The notes: generated from the letters alone by a model not told the origin. Shown: positions 7,835 through 18,037, numbered from the stretch's first letter. The stretch is DNA of 64,000 nt from Candidatus Thorarchaeota archaeon (GCA_020348985.1 CP070761.1:2332310-2396309), one strand, 5' to 3'. Program-made: numbers and translations.

Positions 7835-10800
7835 ATGAGCGGTACGAAAGTTTCAGAAAACAATGAGGTCTTGATGACCAGTCTTGGAATTACCGAGGTG
7901 GAATTGCGAGTTCTGCTTTCAGTCTATGCAGGCGGTCACATGACGGCTGGTGGAATATCTCTGGTTTCCGGAGAAAAGATACAATCTGTGAGGAAGGCCT
8001 TGGCTCGACTTGAGAAGAAGGGCTTGGTCGTCCCTATTGAAGGGATAATACCTGTTTACAAAGCCATTTCGCCTACGATTGCGTCGGGTGAGATTCTGAC
8101 ATCATTGCTGAACGATCTAGAGGCTGCAGAATCCTCTTCCAGGAAAGAGACTGCGCGGCTCAAAGAGGAAGTCGAAGTTACGTCTAAAGGTCTCGTTGAA
8201 GGACATCTCTCTGCAACGAAGACTTTGTGGGACCTGCTTGAAGATTATGAAGATAAGATGATTGAGACTCTCCAATCATTGATTGCAGCCGTGACGGGAA
8301 GTGCCTCTGGCGTGCTGGGTGGATTGTCAGATGCTGCAATCATCTCTCTTCAGAATGTAGAGAATGATCTGGAAGAGGATTTGGGAACCAAACTCAGAGA
8401 GCTTCAACTAGAGTTGGACAAGAGTCAAAAGGAACTCTCCAAGACGTTAAAGGCCACCCTTGGGAGTTTCAACAAGTGGTTGAAGACCGAAAGAACGACC
8501 ACCGCCAATTCAATAACCGCCTATGATACTCGTGTCGATGCCTTGCTCAAGGAGGTGAGGAAGGCAATTGACTCCGCTCTGACAAATGCTGAATCTGCAA
8601 TCGCAGTGACAAACGTAGAGCTTCTTCAGAGCATGAATTCATCAACATCAGACCTTGCAGTTAAGATTGATGCAATGCTTGAGGAATTGATGACAGATTT
8701 GGCTGACGTTAGATCTGACTTCGACGCTGGATTGTCACAAGCTCTCGACGCCTCGAAAGAGTCAATTCAAGAATACATTGAGAGTGTCAAGGCTCTCTCC
8801 TCAGACGAGGTCGAAAAGGTTCAATCGAGCATGGATGCACCAATAGCAAGAATCGAGAAAGCGTTAGATGAAGTGACAACTTGGAAGCAGGATGCTCTCG
8901 CCTACTTTGTCTCGGCAGAAAGCTCTCTCAACGCTCAACTAGACCAGCTGTCAGCTTCTGACCAGAGCTTGATTGAGATAGTGAAGAACACTCTATTGGG
9001 TCACCTCGACAGAGTAAGCTCACTGGTAACCGACGAGTACGAGACGCTCTCCTCAATCGTGACGGGAATTGAAGGCGAGTATTCTCAGCACCTCGACAAC
9101 ACGAAAGAAAGCATTGTTGCTCTAGTTCGAGAACATCTTTCTAGCGACCAGAAGGCAATGGGCACAAAAGCCGCTGCAATGCGTACTGAGCTCAACAACT
9201 TTGCCAAGAAGGCGTCTCGGAGAATCGGCAGAAGACTGACCCGTGGCACATCTAAGCTAGGAGATGTTGTTGAAGACAGATCCCTGAAACTACAAGCAGT
9301 CGCAGATACAGTGAGCAAGAAGCTCAGGACATCAATGACGGAAATAATTACCAAAACTTCGACAGCAAATGAGTCATTATTGACTGAAATGACGAAGTCT
9401 ACACATCAGCTCGAGACCGGCGTTGGCAATAGTCTTGGAACAGTCTTGAATCAGTTTGCTGCGATAACAGAGCAATACGTCGACGAAGCTGAATCTCTGT
9501 ATGCTGGACTCAATTCGAGGATTGATACTCGTCTCGGTGATACAGTGAAATCTCTCACATCCCACATGGATAGAGCAAGGCACAGCATTGAGATCATGAT
9601 AGATGACCAGATGGAGCGCATCGACAAACAAGCAGCAGGCATCCAGGATGAGTTCCATATGCAGATTGAAGAGATTACTCGTCAGTTTGTGAGTTTGACC
9701 CAGGGTCTGGAGGCTGCTTTCAATGGATTGCTTGCCAGTCAAATCATCGAAACAAGAGATTTCATTTCTTCAACACACACAGAGTTCAACACCGCTGTGA
9801 AGTCTGAAATGAACACTCTGAAGGAGGAGTCAGCAAACCTCCAACAGGAGTATTCAGCCGAACTGGGACAGAAGCTGGACGAGATTAGAGAATCGGCTAG
9901 TTCTCTACGCAAATCACTAGAGGAAGTCACTGCAGATGAGCAGAAGAACATGGCGGAGTCGATTCAGACTACATTGGATTCTCTCGAGACGGCAATACAG
10001 GCTAACCAGGACTCTCTTGTCGAGGTGGACTCCACAACGGTTAAACAAATGAAGGACGAGCTAGTCGAATTGACAAGTGATTTTGGCGCCGCTGCAGCAG
10101 CAGCACGTGTCGGACTAACGGAGAAGGTATCGGCTCTGACAGAGGCTGTGGAAAACGAACTGGAGAAGAGCATCAGGAAAGTCACAACTGTTGCAGAGAC
10201 AAGGTTTGCGGAGCAGGCGGATGTGCATCAACGGACGCTGACTGGAACAAGCAAGGATCTCGATGCCACTTTGACGAAGCTACTCAAAGACCTTACCTCT
10301 AACCTCGAGGCTTTTCAATTGACATTGGCTGAGGCAGAAGCGGAACGTGTCAAGGCCAAGAGCGACGCTCGAGAAGAAGTTGCGGACGCGTTGGATGTTA
10401 GGAAAAACGAAGCCACAATGGCTGTGGGGGCCGCCTCAGCCGCTCTCGAGTCATCAGTTGCAGGAATCGGGGCATCAATTGAAAGCCTTGAGGCACGTCT
10501 AAGCGATGATCTCAGCAGTGCATCTCTGGGTATTTCAGAGGCATCGAAAGCAGCGGTCAAGAGCTTGACGCAGAATTCGCGAAAGAGTATTTCACATATC
10601 TCCCAGACTGGTGAAGACCTTGTTCAGAAGTTCGCTGAGATGTATCAAGGTTATACTGGAGAGCTCGAGTCCAAGAGCATGATTTCGATAAGGGAGATTC
10701 AGGATCACGTTGGCGCCTTTCCAACTGCATTCTCAGTTACCGCGGAGAAATCCCTCCAGGACACAACGACTGACACTCGCAGGGTATTCGGCAAAGTTGT

Positions 10801-11728
10801 GGAGGCTCTTTCAGCCACCCTTACTGAAACGGAGCGGGCTTCTGAGTCTGCATCCGAAGAACTGAGAGGCGTCTCCGATAGGTTGGCATCCAGGGTGACA
10901 TCCGAGTTCGAGAATGCTTTGGAGGAATGCCAGGAAGGGGCAGTGACTTCTAACCAGCATGCTGCAAGGATGTTCGAATCAATTGGACTCTCACTAAAGT
11001 CTAACACAAGCAAGGCTGGCCATGGACTCATCGAGGACTTCCGTGGAGATGCGGCAAACAAGACACAAGAAATCTCCGTTACTGCCTCAGCTGCGAATGC
11101 CACGTTGGCTGACGAGACAGCCAAACTGAAGGAGGCACACACTGAGGTCCTTGAGAAACAGGAAGCAACCGTTGCCCGCAGTTTCAGAAAGTGGTCTACA
11201 AGCCAGAAAAAGTCGCTAGACAAACGCCACAAGGGACTTGTTTCTACCCTGAAAGACGCAAAAGCATCAACACGTTCAACTGTCGAGTCGGTTGAGGCGA
11301 TTCGGGAGGCAATCGAAAAACTCGCTAAAGTCACAACCGAGAAGACTTGGTATGTGTCTGGCGTTGATGAAGTCTTTGCTCACATTCACGACATGGCTTC
11401 ACGCGCAACTGAATCGATTATTATATCGGTCTACGACACAACGAACCTTGACCTGAAGGCTCTATCGCGAGCGAAGTCGGCAGGAATAAGAGTGCTCTTC
11501 GTTCCGTCATCCGATGAACCTGACTCGGCGTTAGAGGGACTATCGGGGTGGAGAGTATGGCAAACCAAGTCGCCGCCTCTATTGGCTGTAGCCGACAACG
11601 ACGAGATTCTGATAGGTGGAACAAGCGAGAGTGATCAATTGGTGTCGCTGATATCATGTGATGAATCCTACATTCATCTGTTTCGTGATGTGATTGGACC
11701 AAGGATTGTGGCATCCCGCATCTCATAG
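7835..11728 (+). CDS. giant TrmB-like protein: N-terminal wHTH, ~1100-aa helical/coiled-coil middle, C-terminal TrmB/PLD-like domain
   Basis: SLGITEVELRVLL...TAGGISLVSG...LARLEKKGLV wHTH; WYVSGVDEV...ATESIIIS...LAVADNDEILIG C-terminal domain; SD GGTGAG before ATG 7835. Confidence 0.75.
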   Translation: MSGTKVSENNEVLMTSLGITEVELRVLLSVYAGGHMTAGGISLVSGEKIQSVRKALARLEKKGLVVPIEGIIPVYKAISPTIASGEILTSLLNDLEAAESSSRKETARLKEEVEVTSKGLVEGHLSATKTLWDLLEDYEDKMIETLQSLIAAVTGSASGVLGGLSDAAIISLQNVENDLEEDLGTKLRELQLELDKSQKELSKTLKATLGSFNKWLKTERTTTANSITAYDTRVDALLKEVRKAIDSALTNAESAIAVTNVELLQSMNSSTSDLAVKIDAMLEELMTDLADVRSDFDAGLSQALDASKESIQEYIESVKALSSDEVEKVQSSMDAPIARIEKALDEVTTWKQDALAYFVSAESSLNAQLDQLSASDQSLIEIVKNTLLGHLDRVSSLVTDEYETLSSIVTGIEGEYSQHLDNTKESIVALVREHLSSDQKAMGTKAAAMRTELNNFAKKASRRIGRRLTRGTSKLGDVVEDRSLKLQAVADTVSKKLRTSMTEIITKTSTANESLLTEMTKSTHQLETGVGNSLGTVLNQFAAITEQYVDEAESLYAGLNSRIDTRLGDTVKSLTSHMDRARHSIEIMIDDQMERIDKQAAGIQDEFHMQIEEITRQFVSLTQGLEAAFNGLLASQIIETRDFISSTHTEFNTAVKSEMNTLKEESANLQQEYSAELGQKLDEIRESASSLRKSLEEVTADEQKNMAESIQTTLDSLETAIQANQDSLVEVDSTTVKQMKDELVELTSDFGAAAAAARVGLTEKVSALTEAVENELEKSIRKVTTVAETRFAEQADVHQRTLTGTSKDLDATLTKLLKDLTSNLEAFQLTLAEAEAERVKAKSDAREEVADALDVRKNEATMAVGAASAALESSVAGIGASIESLEARLSDDLSSASLGISEASKAAVKSLTQNSRKSISHISQTGEDLVQKFAEMYQGYTGELESKSMISIREIQDHVGAFPTAFSVTAEKSLQDTTTDTRRVFGKVVEALSATLTETERASESASEELRGVSDRLASRVTSEFENALEECQEGAVTSNQHAARMFESIGLSLKSNTSKAGHGLIEDFRGDAANKTQEISVTASAANATLADETAKLKEAHTEVLEKQEATVARSFRKWSTSQKKSLDKRHKGLVSTLKDAKASTRSTVESVEAIREAIEKLAKVTTEKTWYVSGVDEVFAHIHDMASRATESIIISVYDTTNLDLKALSRAKSAGIRVLFVPSSDEPDSALEGLSGWRVWQTKSPPLLAVADNDEILIGGTSESDQLVSLISCDESYIHLFRDVIGPRIVASRIS

Positions 11729-11732
11729 GCAA

Positions 11733-12203
11733 CTAGAACCGAATCGAGTAGATATCAGCATCCTCATCGTCGTAGTAGTTCTCTTTCCTATCGACGAGTG
11801 ACATCCCTACGTGCTCGTATAGGTGTTTGGCGGCATCGTTGCTCGTCCGCACCTCTAGGATGCATATGGGGATGTCCACTTTCGCAAGCTCATTGAACAC
11901 GTGACGGAGAAGCAGGCTCCCAATTCCCCTACGACGGCATTCTTCGCGCACGGCAATGTTCATGATGTGCCCTTTCGCTCTATCATTCGGAATCATCCAA
12001 ACAACATATCCTACTACTCGATCGTTCTCGGTCGCTACCCGCATTAAGCCAAGATTCTTTTCTGCTAGCGGCACTTCTCCGTCCCAGCAGGCAAACGTAT
12101 CGAAGATATCCGAATCCCACGGTTCTGGAAAGGACCTCTGTTCAATATCAGTGACGTCGTCCAAATCTTTGAGGCGGATGGGTCTGATTTCAACTGTCAC
12201 CAA
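11733..12203 (-). CDS. rimI: RimI/Ard1-type N-acetyltransferase
   Basis: IEQRSFPEPW, GHIMNIAV..RRRGIG, LEVRTSN, YYDDEDA. Confidence 0.85.
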   Translation of the reverse strand: MVTVEIRPIRLKDLDDVTDIEQRSFPEPWDSDIFDTFACWDGEVPLAEKNLGLMRVATENDRVVGYVVWMIPNDRAKGHIMNIAVREECRRRGIGSLLLRHVFNELAKVDIPICILEVRTSNDAAKHLYEHVGMSLVDRKENYYDDEDADIYSIRF

Positions 12204-12221
12204 TCAGTAAACTCTCCTATC

Positions 12222-12569
12222 CTAATCGTTCCGCCATTTGCCAAAATTGTCTTCAGCAACTGGATTTCCGCAACCAAGACAGTATCTGGCCCTGTTTGGT
12301 AGAATCTCACCGCACTCTCGGCATCTTCTCAAAGTCTCCTGAACCATCCGTAGATCAGTCAGACTACGATATGAAAGTGCGAACATGAAGAGCACGACGG
12401 CCAAGAATCCAAGAAGAATGATGCCCACCAACTCATTCGAACCTCCATAAACGAAGAAAGGGAATATGAAGACAAAGCCTCCCTGTTCAATGCCCGCAAG
12501 TGACATGAGGATAACTCCAACAACCATCAGAATGATTCCAAGAGGAAGAATGAATTCATTTCTTGTCAG
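12222..12569 (-). CDS. membrane protein with C-terminal zinc ribbon (likely CTG start at 12569)
   Basis: Hydrophobic segments with GGFVFIFPF; CRECG...CLGCG; frame open to CTG 12569, preceded by SD-like GGTGTGA. Confidence 0.7.
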   Translation of the reverse strand: MTRNEFILPLGIILMVVGVILMSLAGIEQGGFVFIFPFFVYGGSNELVGIILLGFLAVVLFMFALSYRSLTDLRMVQETLRRCRECGEILPNRARYCLGCGNPVAEDNFGKWRND

Positions 12570-12752
12570 ATTCTCACACCATCCAACTTGTCATTTTGTA
12601 CCAATTCCATATCTATCAATGGGTTGAAACAGATGGATAGACGGCAGCTACCACATCAACTCAACCGTCATAAGACATATCAATAACTGGTATACCGTTG
12701 AAGTTGGCTGTAATGACAGGTCGCGTAATCTGCTGGTTTAGAGGGATTCATA

Positions 12753-13181
12753 ATGACATCTAAGGGCAAGAAGTCACGGTTCTTGTACAAGTTCACAGTC
12801 CTCGGACCCGAGGACATTCTATTGGAGAAAGTCCTCTCGATCTTTGACGAAACGCTTGTGTCCGTTGATGGGATAAGAATCGGGTCATCAGGGGTCGAAA
12901 CAGACGATTCCGATGTCAGTGCGGTCTTTATGTCACCCAGACATTCTGCCTTGGATTTGCTCTTGTCACTCTCATACACCGGAGCCAACGGAGCAATCAT
13001 CGTTATGCGTGAGGCCGATCCAGCGATCGAAACCGTCTACAGGAATGAGATTCGAGAGAAGATTGGCAGTGGTATCCCTACAAGAGTAGTGTGCATTGGG
13101 GATGACGTGGATGAGTTCAAGCGGACCGAAGTTGCCCAGATTCTGGAGGAACTGATTGAAGAGATTCAGAATTCCAATTAG
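12753..13181 (+). CDS. degenerate Rab/Ras-like small GTPase fold lacking the G1/G3/G4 motifs
   Basis: FLYKFTVLG, SYTGANGAIIV and IPTRVV align with Rab strands, but GxxxxGKS, DxxG and NKxD are absent. Confidence 0.6.
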   Translation: MTSKGKKSRFLYKFTVLGPEDILLEKVLSIFDETLVSVDGIRIGSSGVETDDSDVSAVFMSPRHSALDLLLSLSYTGANGAIIVMREADPAIETVYRNEIREKIGSGIPTRVVCIGDDVDEFKRTEVAQILEELIEEIQNSN

Positions 13182-13258
13182 GCATGCGAGTGCAACGCAA
13201 ACGTACATCTTACAAACTCTTTTCTCGTTGTCATCAATTGTCAAAAACGGTGGCATCA

Positions 13259-14221
13259 ATGAGCTCGGATGACAAAGGTGAGAAGTACTGGCTCGGAGTA
13301 AGAGATGCACTTAGAATGGTGGATTCATTTCTGCGTTGGTCGAAGAACAACCCCGAACAAGCCAAGACTTTGGATGCGTTCATCTCTGAAGGCCTGATTG
13401 CAGCGGCAAAGAGATGCGAAGAGTGCTTGAGTAAGGATCTTGGATTGACTTTCAAGCAGAAAGAGGACGGCTCTGTCGAGATGGCCGCAATTGACGAACC
13501 CACCGACGAACCTACTGCTATCATGCCAGACGGTCACGAAACTACACCTGAAACATCTATGCATTTTGAAATCGAAGAAGTTGAATCAGAGGTCGTTGAA
13601 GACCCCGCCGAAACACTAGAACCACTCGAAGAAGATACGATTGAGCCACTGGCGCCTGAGGTCTTTGGAGACCCATCATCTTCACTTGAACTATCCCAGG
13701 AAGAGCTTGGAGCAGTAGAAGAGCCTCCCGCCAGGGACTTCGGCTCAGAGTTCAGCATAGACGAACCAACAGCATTGGTGATTGACTCTGAAGAAGCAGA
13801 AACCGAGGACGAGATTGAAACACCCCCTAGTGACTCGGGGATTACTTGGAGAGAATACGAGGACTTGCTTTCAGAAACCCCATCTATGGAAACCGAACAT
13901 GTTGGTGAAATGGTCGAAGACATTCATGAAGATGGACCTCCGATTCCGCCGCCGTTGGAAACTGAGACAGGTCCCAGTGAGCATGCGACAGTTGAGTCGG
14001 ATCGCTCTGCTCGATGGAGTCCATATGATGAGCCCTCCATCGATTCCGAAGAGATTGAGTTCGAAGAGGAAGAGGATTCAGAACTAATAGAGTTGGACGA
14101 AGCAGAATCTGAATCAGATGTCTCGGAGGGCACTCCTCCTCCACCCCCACCCCCTCCAGAGAGTGACGAAACTGAGGAAGAGCGACGCCGCCGTGCACGA
14201 AGACTCTTCTTTGGCACTTGA
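13259..14221 (+). CDS. acidic, polyproline-containing, largely disordered protein
   Basis: Small folded N-terminus with CEEC, D/E-rich linker, PPPPPPPP, C-terminal RRRRARRLFFGT. Confidence 0.75.
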   Translation: MSSDDKGEKYWLGVRDALRMVDSFLRWSKNNPEQAKTLDAFISEGLIAAAKRCEECLSKDLGLTFKQKEDGSVEMAAIDEPTDEPTAIMPDGHETTPETSMHFEIEEVESEVVEDPAETLEPLEEDTIEPLAPEVFGDPSSSLELSQEELGAVEEPPARDFGSEFSIDEPTALVIDSEEAETEDEIETPPSDSGITWREYEDLLSETPSMETEHVGEMVEDIHEDGPPIPPPLETETGPSEHATVESDRSARWSPYDEPSIDSEEIEFEEEEDSELIELDEAESESDVSEGTPPPPPPPPESDETEEERRRRARRLFFGT

Positions 14222-14224
14222 TTG

Positions 14225-15250
14225 TCAGTAATTCATAATCTCGAGGTACGTCTCAAGTGCCTCTTCTGGTGATTTCACATCTTTGACTACAGCACTCCCC
14301 CTTCTCATGAGGGTGACTGAAGGGCCCGATTCAGTTTCGATTTGGAGAAATCGCTTCCTCCGAGTCACGGTGAATCTTGAGCCAATCCTTTCTGCGATGC
14401 TATCTAGGTCTAACGTCAACATCTCTGTTGGAGTCACGCTGTAGTTGCCTGAACATAGCATAATTACTCTCGGCTTATTCGTTGCTTTTGGTATTTCGGG
14501 AGTCAAAACAGAGCACGTTGGACAAGTTTCGGACTTGGTTATGTCAAAGAAGTCAAAACTGAGATCGTCTATGTCGACTGTCATCAATCGATTCATCAAT
14601 TTCGGTTCTTTTCCTGTGGCCAGGAGCACGGCCTCTCTGACTTCAATAGATGCAGCTATAGAGAGCAACGTAGGGGAGACCCCAACTTGAGCACATGTGT
14701 TGTCTGGATCGTCTGTCGCGTCTCCAACGAGACACTCCAAACATCCCGTTCTTCCAGGGATGAAAGTGCTTAGGTTTGCATAGTATTCTATCGCTCCGGC
14801 AAAGACGTACGGGATTTTCAGCGTAATGCTTGCCTTGTTCAATATACGTCTTGAGTGAAAGGAATCAAGGCCATCAAGAATGAGGTCTGACCCTTTTAGA
14901 ATGTCAATCGCGTTTCCCTCGTCAAGTGACAAGGAGACTGTTTCATATTCTACCTCGGGGTTCATCCGTTCAAGATTCGATGCTGCGGCTTCGGCCTTCG
15001 GAAGTCCAATGTCACTAGTATCAAATACTGTTTGTCTCTGGATATTAGATAACTCTACGATGTCCCTGTCTATGATTCGCAGTTTACCAAACCCAATAGC
15101 GGAGAGCAATCTCAGGGACGGGCTACCGAGTCCACCGGCTCCAACAACCGACACGGTGCTCCTTATTATCGATTCCATGTTCTCTTCTGAGAAGTCCTTT
15201 AGAACTAGCATCCTAGAGTATCGTTCTCGGAGTTCAGGTGTCAAGCTCAT
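14225..15250 (-). CDS. ThiF/MoeB (E1-like) adenylyltransferase
   Basis: RYSR, VGAGGLG, DRDIVELSNIQRQ, CLEC, TCAQVGV, CPTC. Confidence 0.9.
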   Translation of the reverse strand: MSLTPELRERYSRMLVLKDFSEENMESIIRSTVSVVGAGGLGSPSLRLLSAIGFGKLRIIDRDIVELSNIQRQTVFDTSDIGLPKAEAAASNLERMNPEVEYETVSLSLDEGNAIDILKGSDLILDGLDSFHSRRILNKASITLKIPYVFAGAIEYYANLSTFIPGRTGCLECLVGDATDDPDNTCAQVGVSPTLLSIAASIEVREAVLLATGKEPKLMNRLMTVDIDDLSFDFFDITKSETCPTCSVLTPEIPKATNKPRVIMLCSGNYSVTPTEMLTLDLDSIAERIGSRFTVTRRKRFLQIETESGPSVTLMRRGSAVVKDVKSPEEALETYLEIMNY

Positions 15251-15312
15251 GTGTCTCGCCCCAATCATCAGCGAGAGTTCAACTTAAAGCCTTAGACATG
15301 TGCTGTTTGGAC

Positions 15313-16140
15313 ATGGCTTATGGTGCACAGGTCTCGGTTGGTGTTGGCCGAACCGTGAAGAAGTCCCTCGATATTGCCCTTTCCAAGATGACTTCGCCAT
15401 TGTTAGCAACGAAACCTGTTGACCAAGTTATCATAAAACCCTCCATTCTTGACCCGCGATTGCCAGGGAATTCTACCAAGGACATGATACAGGCGGTTGT
15501 ACGGGTCTTTGGCTCTATTGCACCTGTCATCGTCGTTGAAAGCGACAATCCCTTCCGGTCCGCCAGCGAAGCGTTATCCGGAATGGGCCTGGAGAATATT
15601 CAAGGGGCGATAACTAGACTTGTCAACCTCTCGGAAGAAGACATGATTCAAGTAACCATGTCTGAACACGTATTCACGAGGCGCGGTATGCCCAGAATCC
15701 TCACTGAATCTTCTCTATTGGTGAATCTATCAACACTGAAGGTCAATCCTGCACGCTCATCATTGAGTGGAAGTATCAAGAATCTCTTCGGACTTCTTCC
15801 TGAAGTGGACAAGAAGACATACCATGACACATTGGATGGCGTGCTGATGGATATACTTGCCACCTTCCCACCTGATCTATCGATAATGGAGCTGTCAAGT
15901 GTCCTGGTGGGGACCAGAAGAAAGGGGACTTCGATCGAGGTGGGTGGCGTTGTTGTCGGGACTGACCCTGTCGCCACTGATGCGTTCTGTGCCTCCCTTT
16001 TTGGTATGGACCCCCTCAAGATATCAAGTATTCAGAAGGCCTATGACTTAGGTTTGGGAGAGGCCGTTGTGGATAGAATCAAGGTTCTGGCGACAGACAA
16101 CCAGCTTGCTAGACTGAGGGAGCGATGTGCACTAGCTTGA
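15313..16140 (+). CDS. DUF362 domain protein
   Basis: VIIKP, VNLSTLK, SGSIKNLFGLLP, DPVATDA. Confidence 0.8.
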   Translation: MAYGAQVSVGVGRTVKKSLDIALSKMTSPLLATKPVDQVIIKPSILDPRLPGNSTKDMIQAVVRVFGSIAPVIVVESDNPFRSASEALSGMGLENIQGAITRLVNLSEEDMIQVTMSEHVFTRRGMPRILTESSLLVNLSTLKVNPARSSLSGSIKNLFGLLPEVDKKTYHDTLDGVLMDILATFPPDLSIMELSSVLVGTRRKGTSIEVGGVVVGTDPVATDAFCASLFGMDPLKISSIQKAYDLGLGEAVVDRIKVLATDNQLARLRERCALA

Positions 16141-16233
16141 CAATGCCGGAAAGAATATAATCTAACAGAGATGCCGCACAGTCTCTGTCCGCGTTTGAGG
16201 ACCTGTGACAGTCTAGTCAGGTAGTGACGTTTC

Positions 16234-17400
16234 ATGGATTGGACATCTCATCGAATGGCAAATATCCCTCCTTCGGGCACTCTCAAAATGTTTGAGATCG
16301 CTTCGAAGCTCGAGGCTGAAGGAAAGAAGGTATACCATTTTGAAGTGGGTCAACCAGACTTCCCGACTCCTCCCAACATAATCAAGTCCGGAATAGATGC
16401 ATTGAATGATGGGTTCACAAAGTATGTTTCTTCAAGAGGTGTTCCAGCGCTTCTCGATGCCATAGAAGGCTTCTACGGCCGCAGAGGAATCTCTATTGAT
16501 GGGCGCAAGAACCTAATAGTCACCCCTGGGGCAAAGATGGCGCTTTTCCAGGGTTTTCTTTCGGCTATAGACATTGGTGATGACGTTCTTGTGCTGTCAC
16601 CTGCATGGCCCACCTACAGAGTGATGATCCGCACGGCAGGTGCAAAACCTGTGGACGTCCCAACCAGCGTTGTCTACGAATTGGATGAGGAGGCCCTCAA
16701 GTCAGCCGCTACTAAGACAGTTTCGGCTCTGGTCATAAATAGCCCTAACAACCCAACAGGTGGTGTTCTTCAAGAGAGCCAAATGAGACTAATCTACGAC
16801 CTAGCTGTTGACCATGACTTCGCAATCTTCAGTGATGAAATCTATGAAGCGTTAGTATATGACGGGCTTAGCCAGACATCTATGCTGGAGGTCGATCCGT
16901 CAATGGAACAGTCAATTGTGATAAGCGGTTTCTCGAAGACATACTCCATGACGGGCTGGCGACTTGGTTTCGCTGTTGGGAATGAAGAAGTGATTGAAAA
17001 TATGGTACGAATCCAGCAAAATACGACATCATGTGCGCCCTCGTTTGCGCAAATGGCAGGAGTTGAAGCTCTCTGTGGCGACCAGAGTTCCATCAAGAGC
17101 ATGGTCGACTCCTATAGTCAAAGGCGTGACAAGATGGTAGCTGGATTCCGAGATATGCCAGAAGTAACTTGTGAAATCCCCCTCGGTGCTTTCTACTGTT
17201 TTCCAGATTTCTCGAAATACGGGCTAAGCAGCAACACGCTCGCAGAACTCTTGTTGATAAAAACAGGCGTTACAACTGCACCAGGCAAGGTATTCGGTGA
17301 CATGTGGGATGGCCATCTCAGGTTCTCCTATGCAAGTTCACTGTCTGTTATCGAAGAAGGTCTCGCCAAGGTCAAGGAATTCCTCGAAACTCTTGACTAG
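16234..17400 (+). CDS. aspartate/aromatic aminotransferase (class I PLP)
   Basis: GQPDF, NSPNNPTG, SDEIY, SGFSKTYSMTGWRLG. Confidence 0.93.
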   Translation: MDWTSHRMANIPPSGTLKMFEIASKLEAEGKKVYHFEVGQPDFPTPPNIIKSGIDALNDGFTKYVSSRGVPALLDAIEGFYGRRGISIDGRKNLIVTPGAKMALFQGFLSAIDIGDDVLVLSPAWPTYRVMIRTAGAKPVDVPTSVVYELDEEALKSAATKTVSALVINSPNNPTGGVLQESQMRLIYDLAVDHDFAIFSDEIYEALVYDGLSQTSMLEVDPSMEQSIVISGFSKTYSMTGWRLGFAVGNEEVIENMVRIQQNTTSCAPSFAQMAGVEALCGDQSSIKSMVDSYSQRRDKMVAGFRDMPEVTCEIPLGAFYCFPDFSKYGLSSNTLAELLLIKTGVTTAPGKVFGDMWDGHLRFSYASSLSVIEEGLAKVKEFLETLD

Positions 17401-17416
17401 GTTGTAGGTGGCAGCT

Positions 17417-18025
17417 ATGGGGGCTTCTGACCCAGAATCACCTTCTTTGGAAGGTTCAGGAGTGCGTTTTGAGTGCACAAAGTGCGGTGCCTGCTGTAGA
17501 CAAGATGAGCTGCTCGTCACCGTGACTGCATCGGATATCGTCCGATTGGGAGCTGGACTGGGATTGAACGCCATAGAACTGACGCGTGCTCTTGATTTCT
17601 ATGTCCTTGATAGTGAGCCAATCCCACACGGGTTGCGCCACATACCCAGAATCTTGACAGAAAGGGGTTTGGCATATGTCGCGCTCAGGAAGCTCGAGAA
17701 CGGAGACTGTGTATTCCTGAAAGATGACATCTGCATGATTCACTCTATTCGTCCTGCCGTTTGTCGGTCCTTTCCGTTTGTTTTCAGGGCTCAAGATAAA
17801 GATATGAAGTGGGGACTCAGCGCGATGAAGGACATCTGTCCAGGGTTGGGCCAAGGGGAGGAGGTCCCCCTGAACTATCTTCGTGATCTAGGCAGCAGTG
17901 TCCTGTCAGACCTGGCCTCCTACTCGAAGCTCGCGCAAAGGTGGAACAAGACGGGGTCGGAGCTTTCGGCGATTGACTACATAATCTATGCAATAGAGAG
18001 CCTTTCGGAGAAAACTCGACAGTAA
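17417..18025 (+). CDS. YkgJ family cysteine-cluster protein
   Basis: FECTKCGACC...CVFL...CMIHSIRPAVCRSFPF...CPG. Confidence 0.9.
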   Translation: MGASDPESPSLEGSGVRFECTKCGACCRQDELLVTVTASDIVRLGAGLGLNAIELTRALDFYVLDSEPIPHGLRHIPRILTERGLAYVALRKLENGDCVFLKDDICMIHSIRPAVCRSFPFVFRAQDKDMKWGLSAMKDICPGLGQGEEVPLNYLRDLGSSVLSDLASYSKLAQRWNKTGSELSAIDYIIYAIESLSEKTRQ

Positions 18026-18037
18026 GAGAACGCAGAA

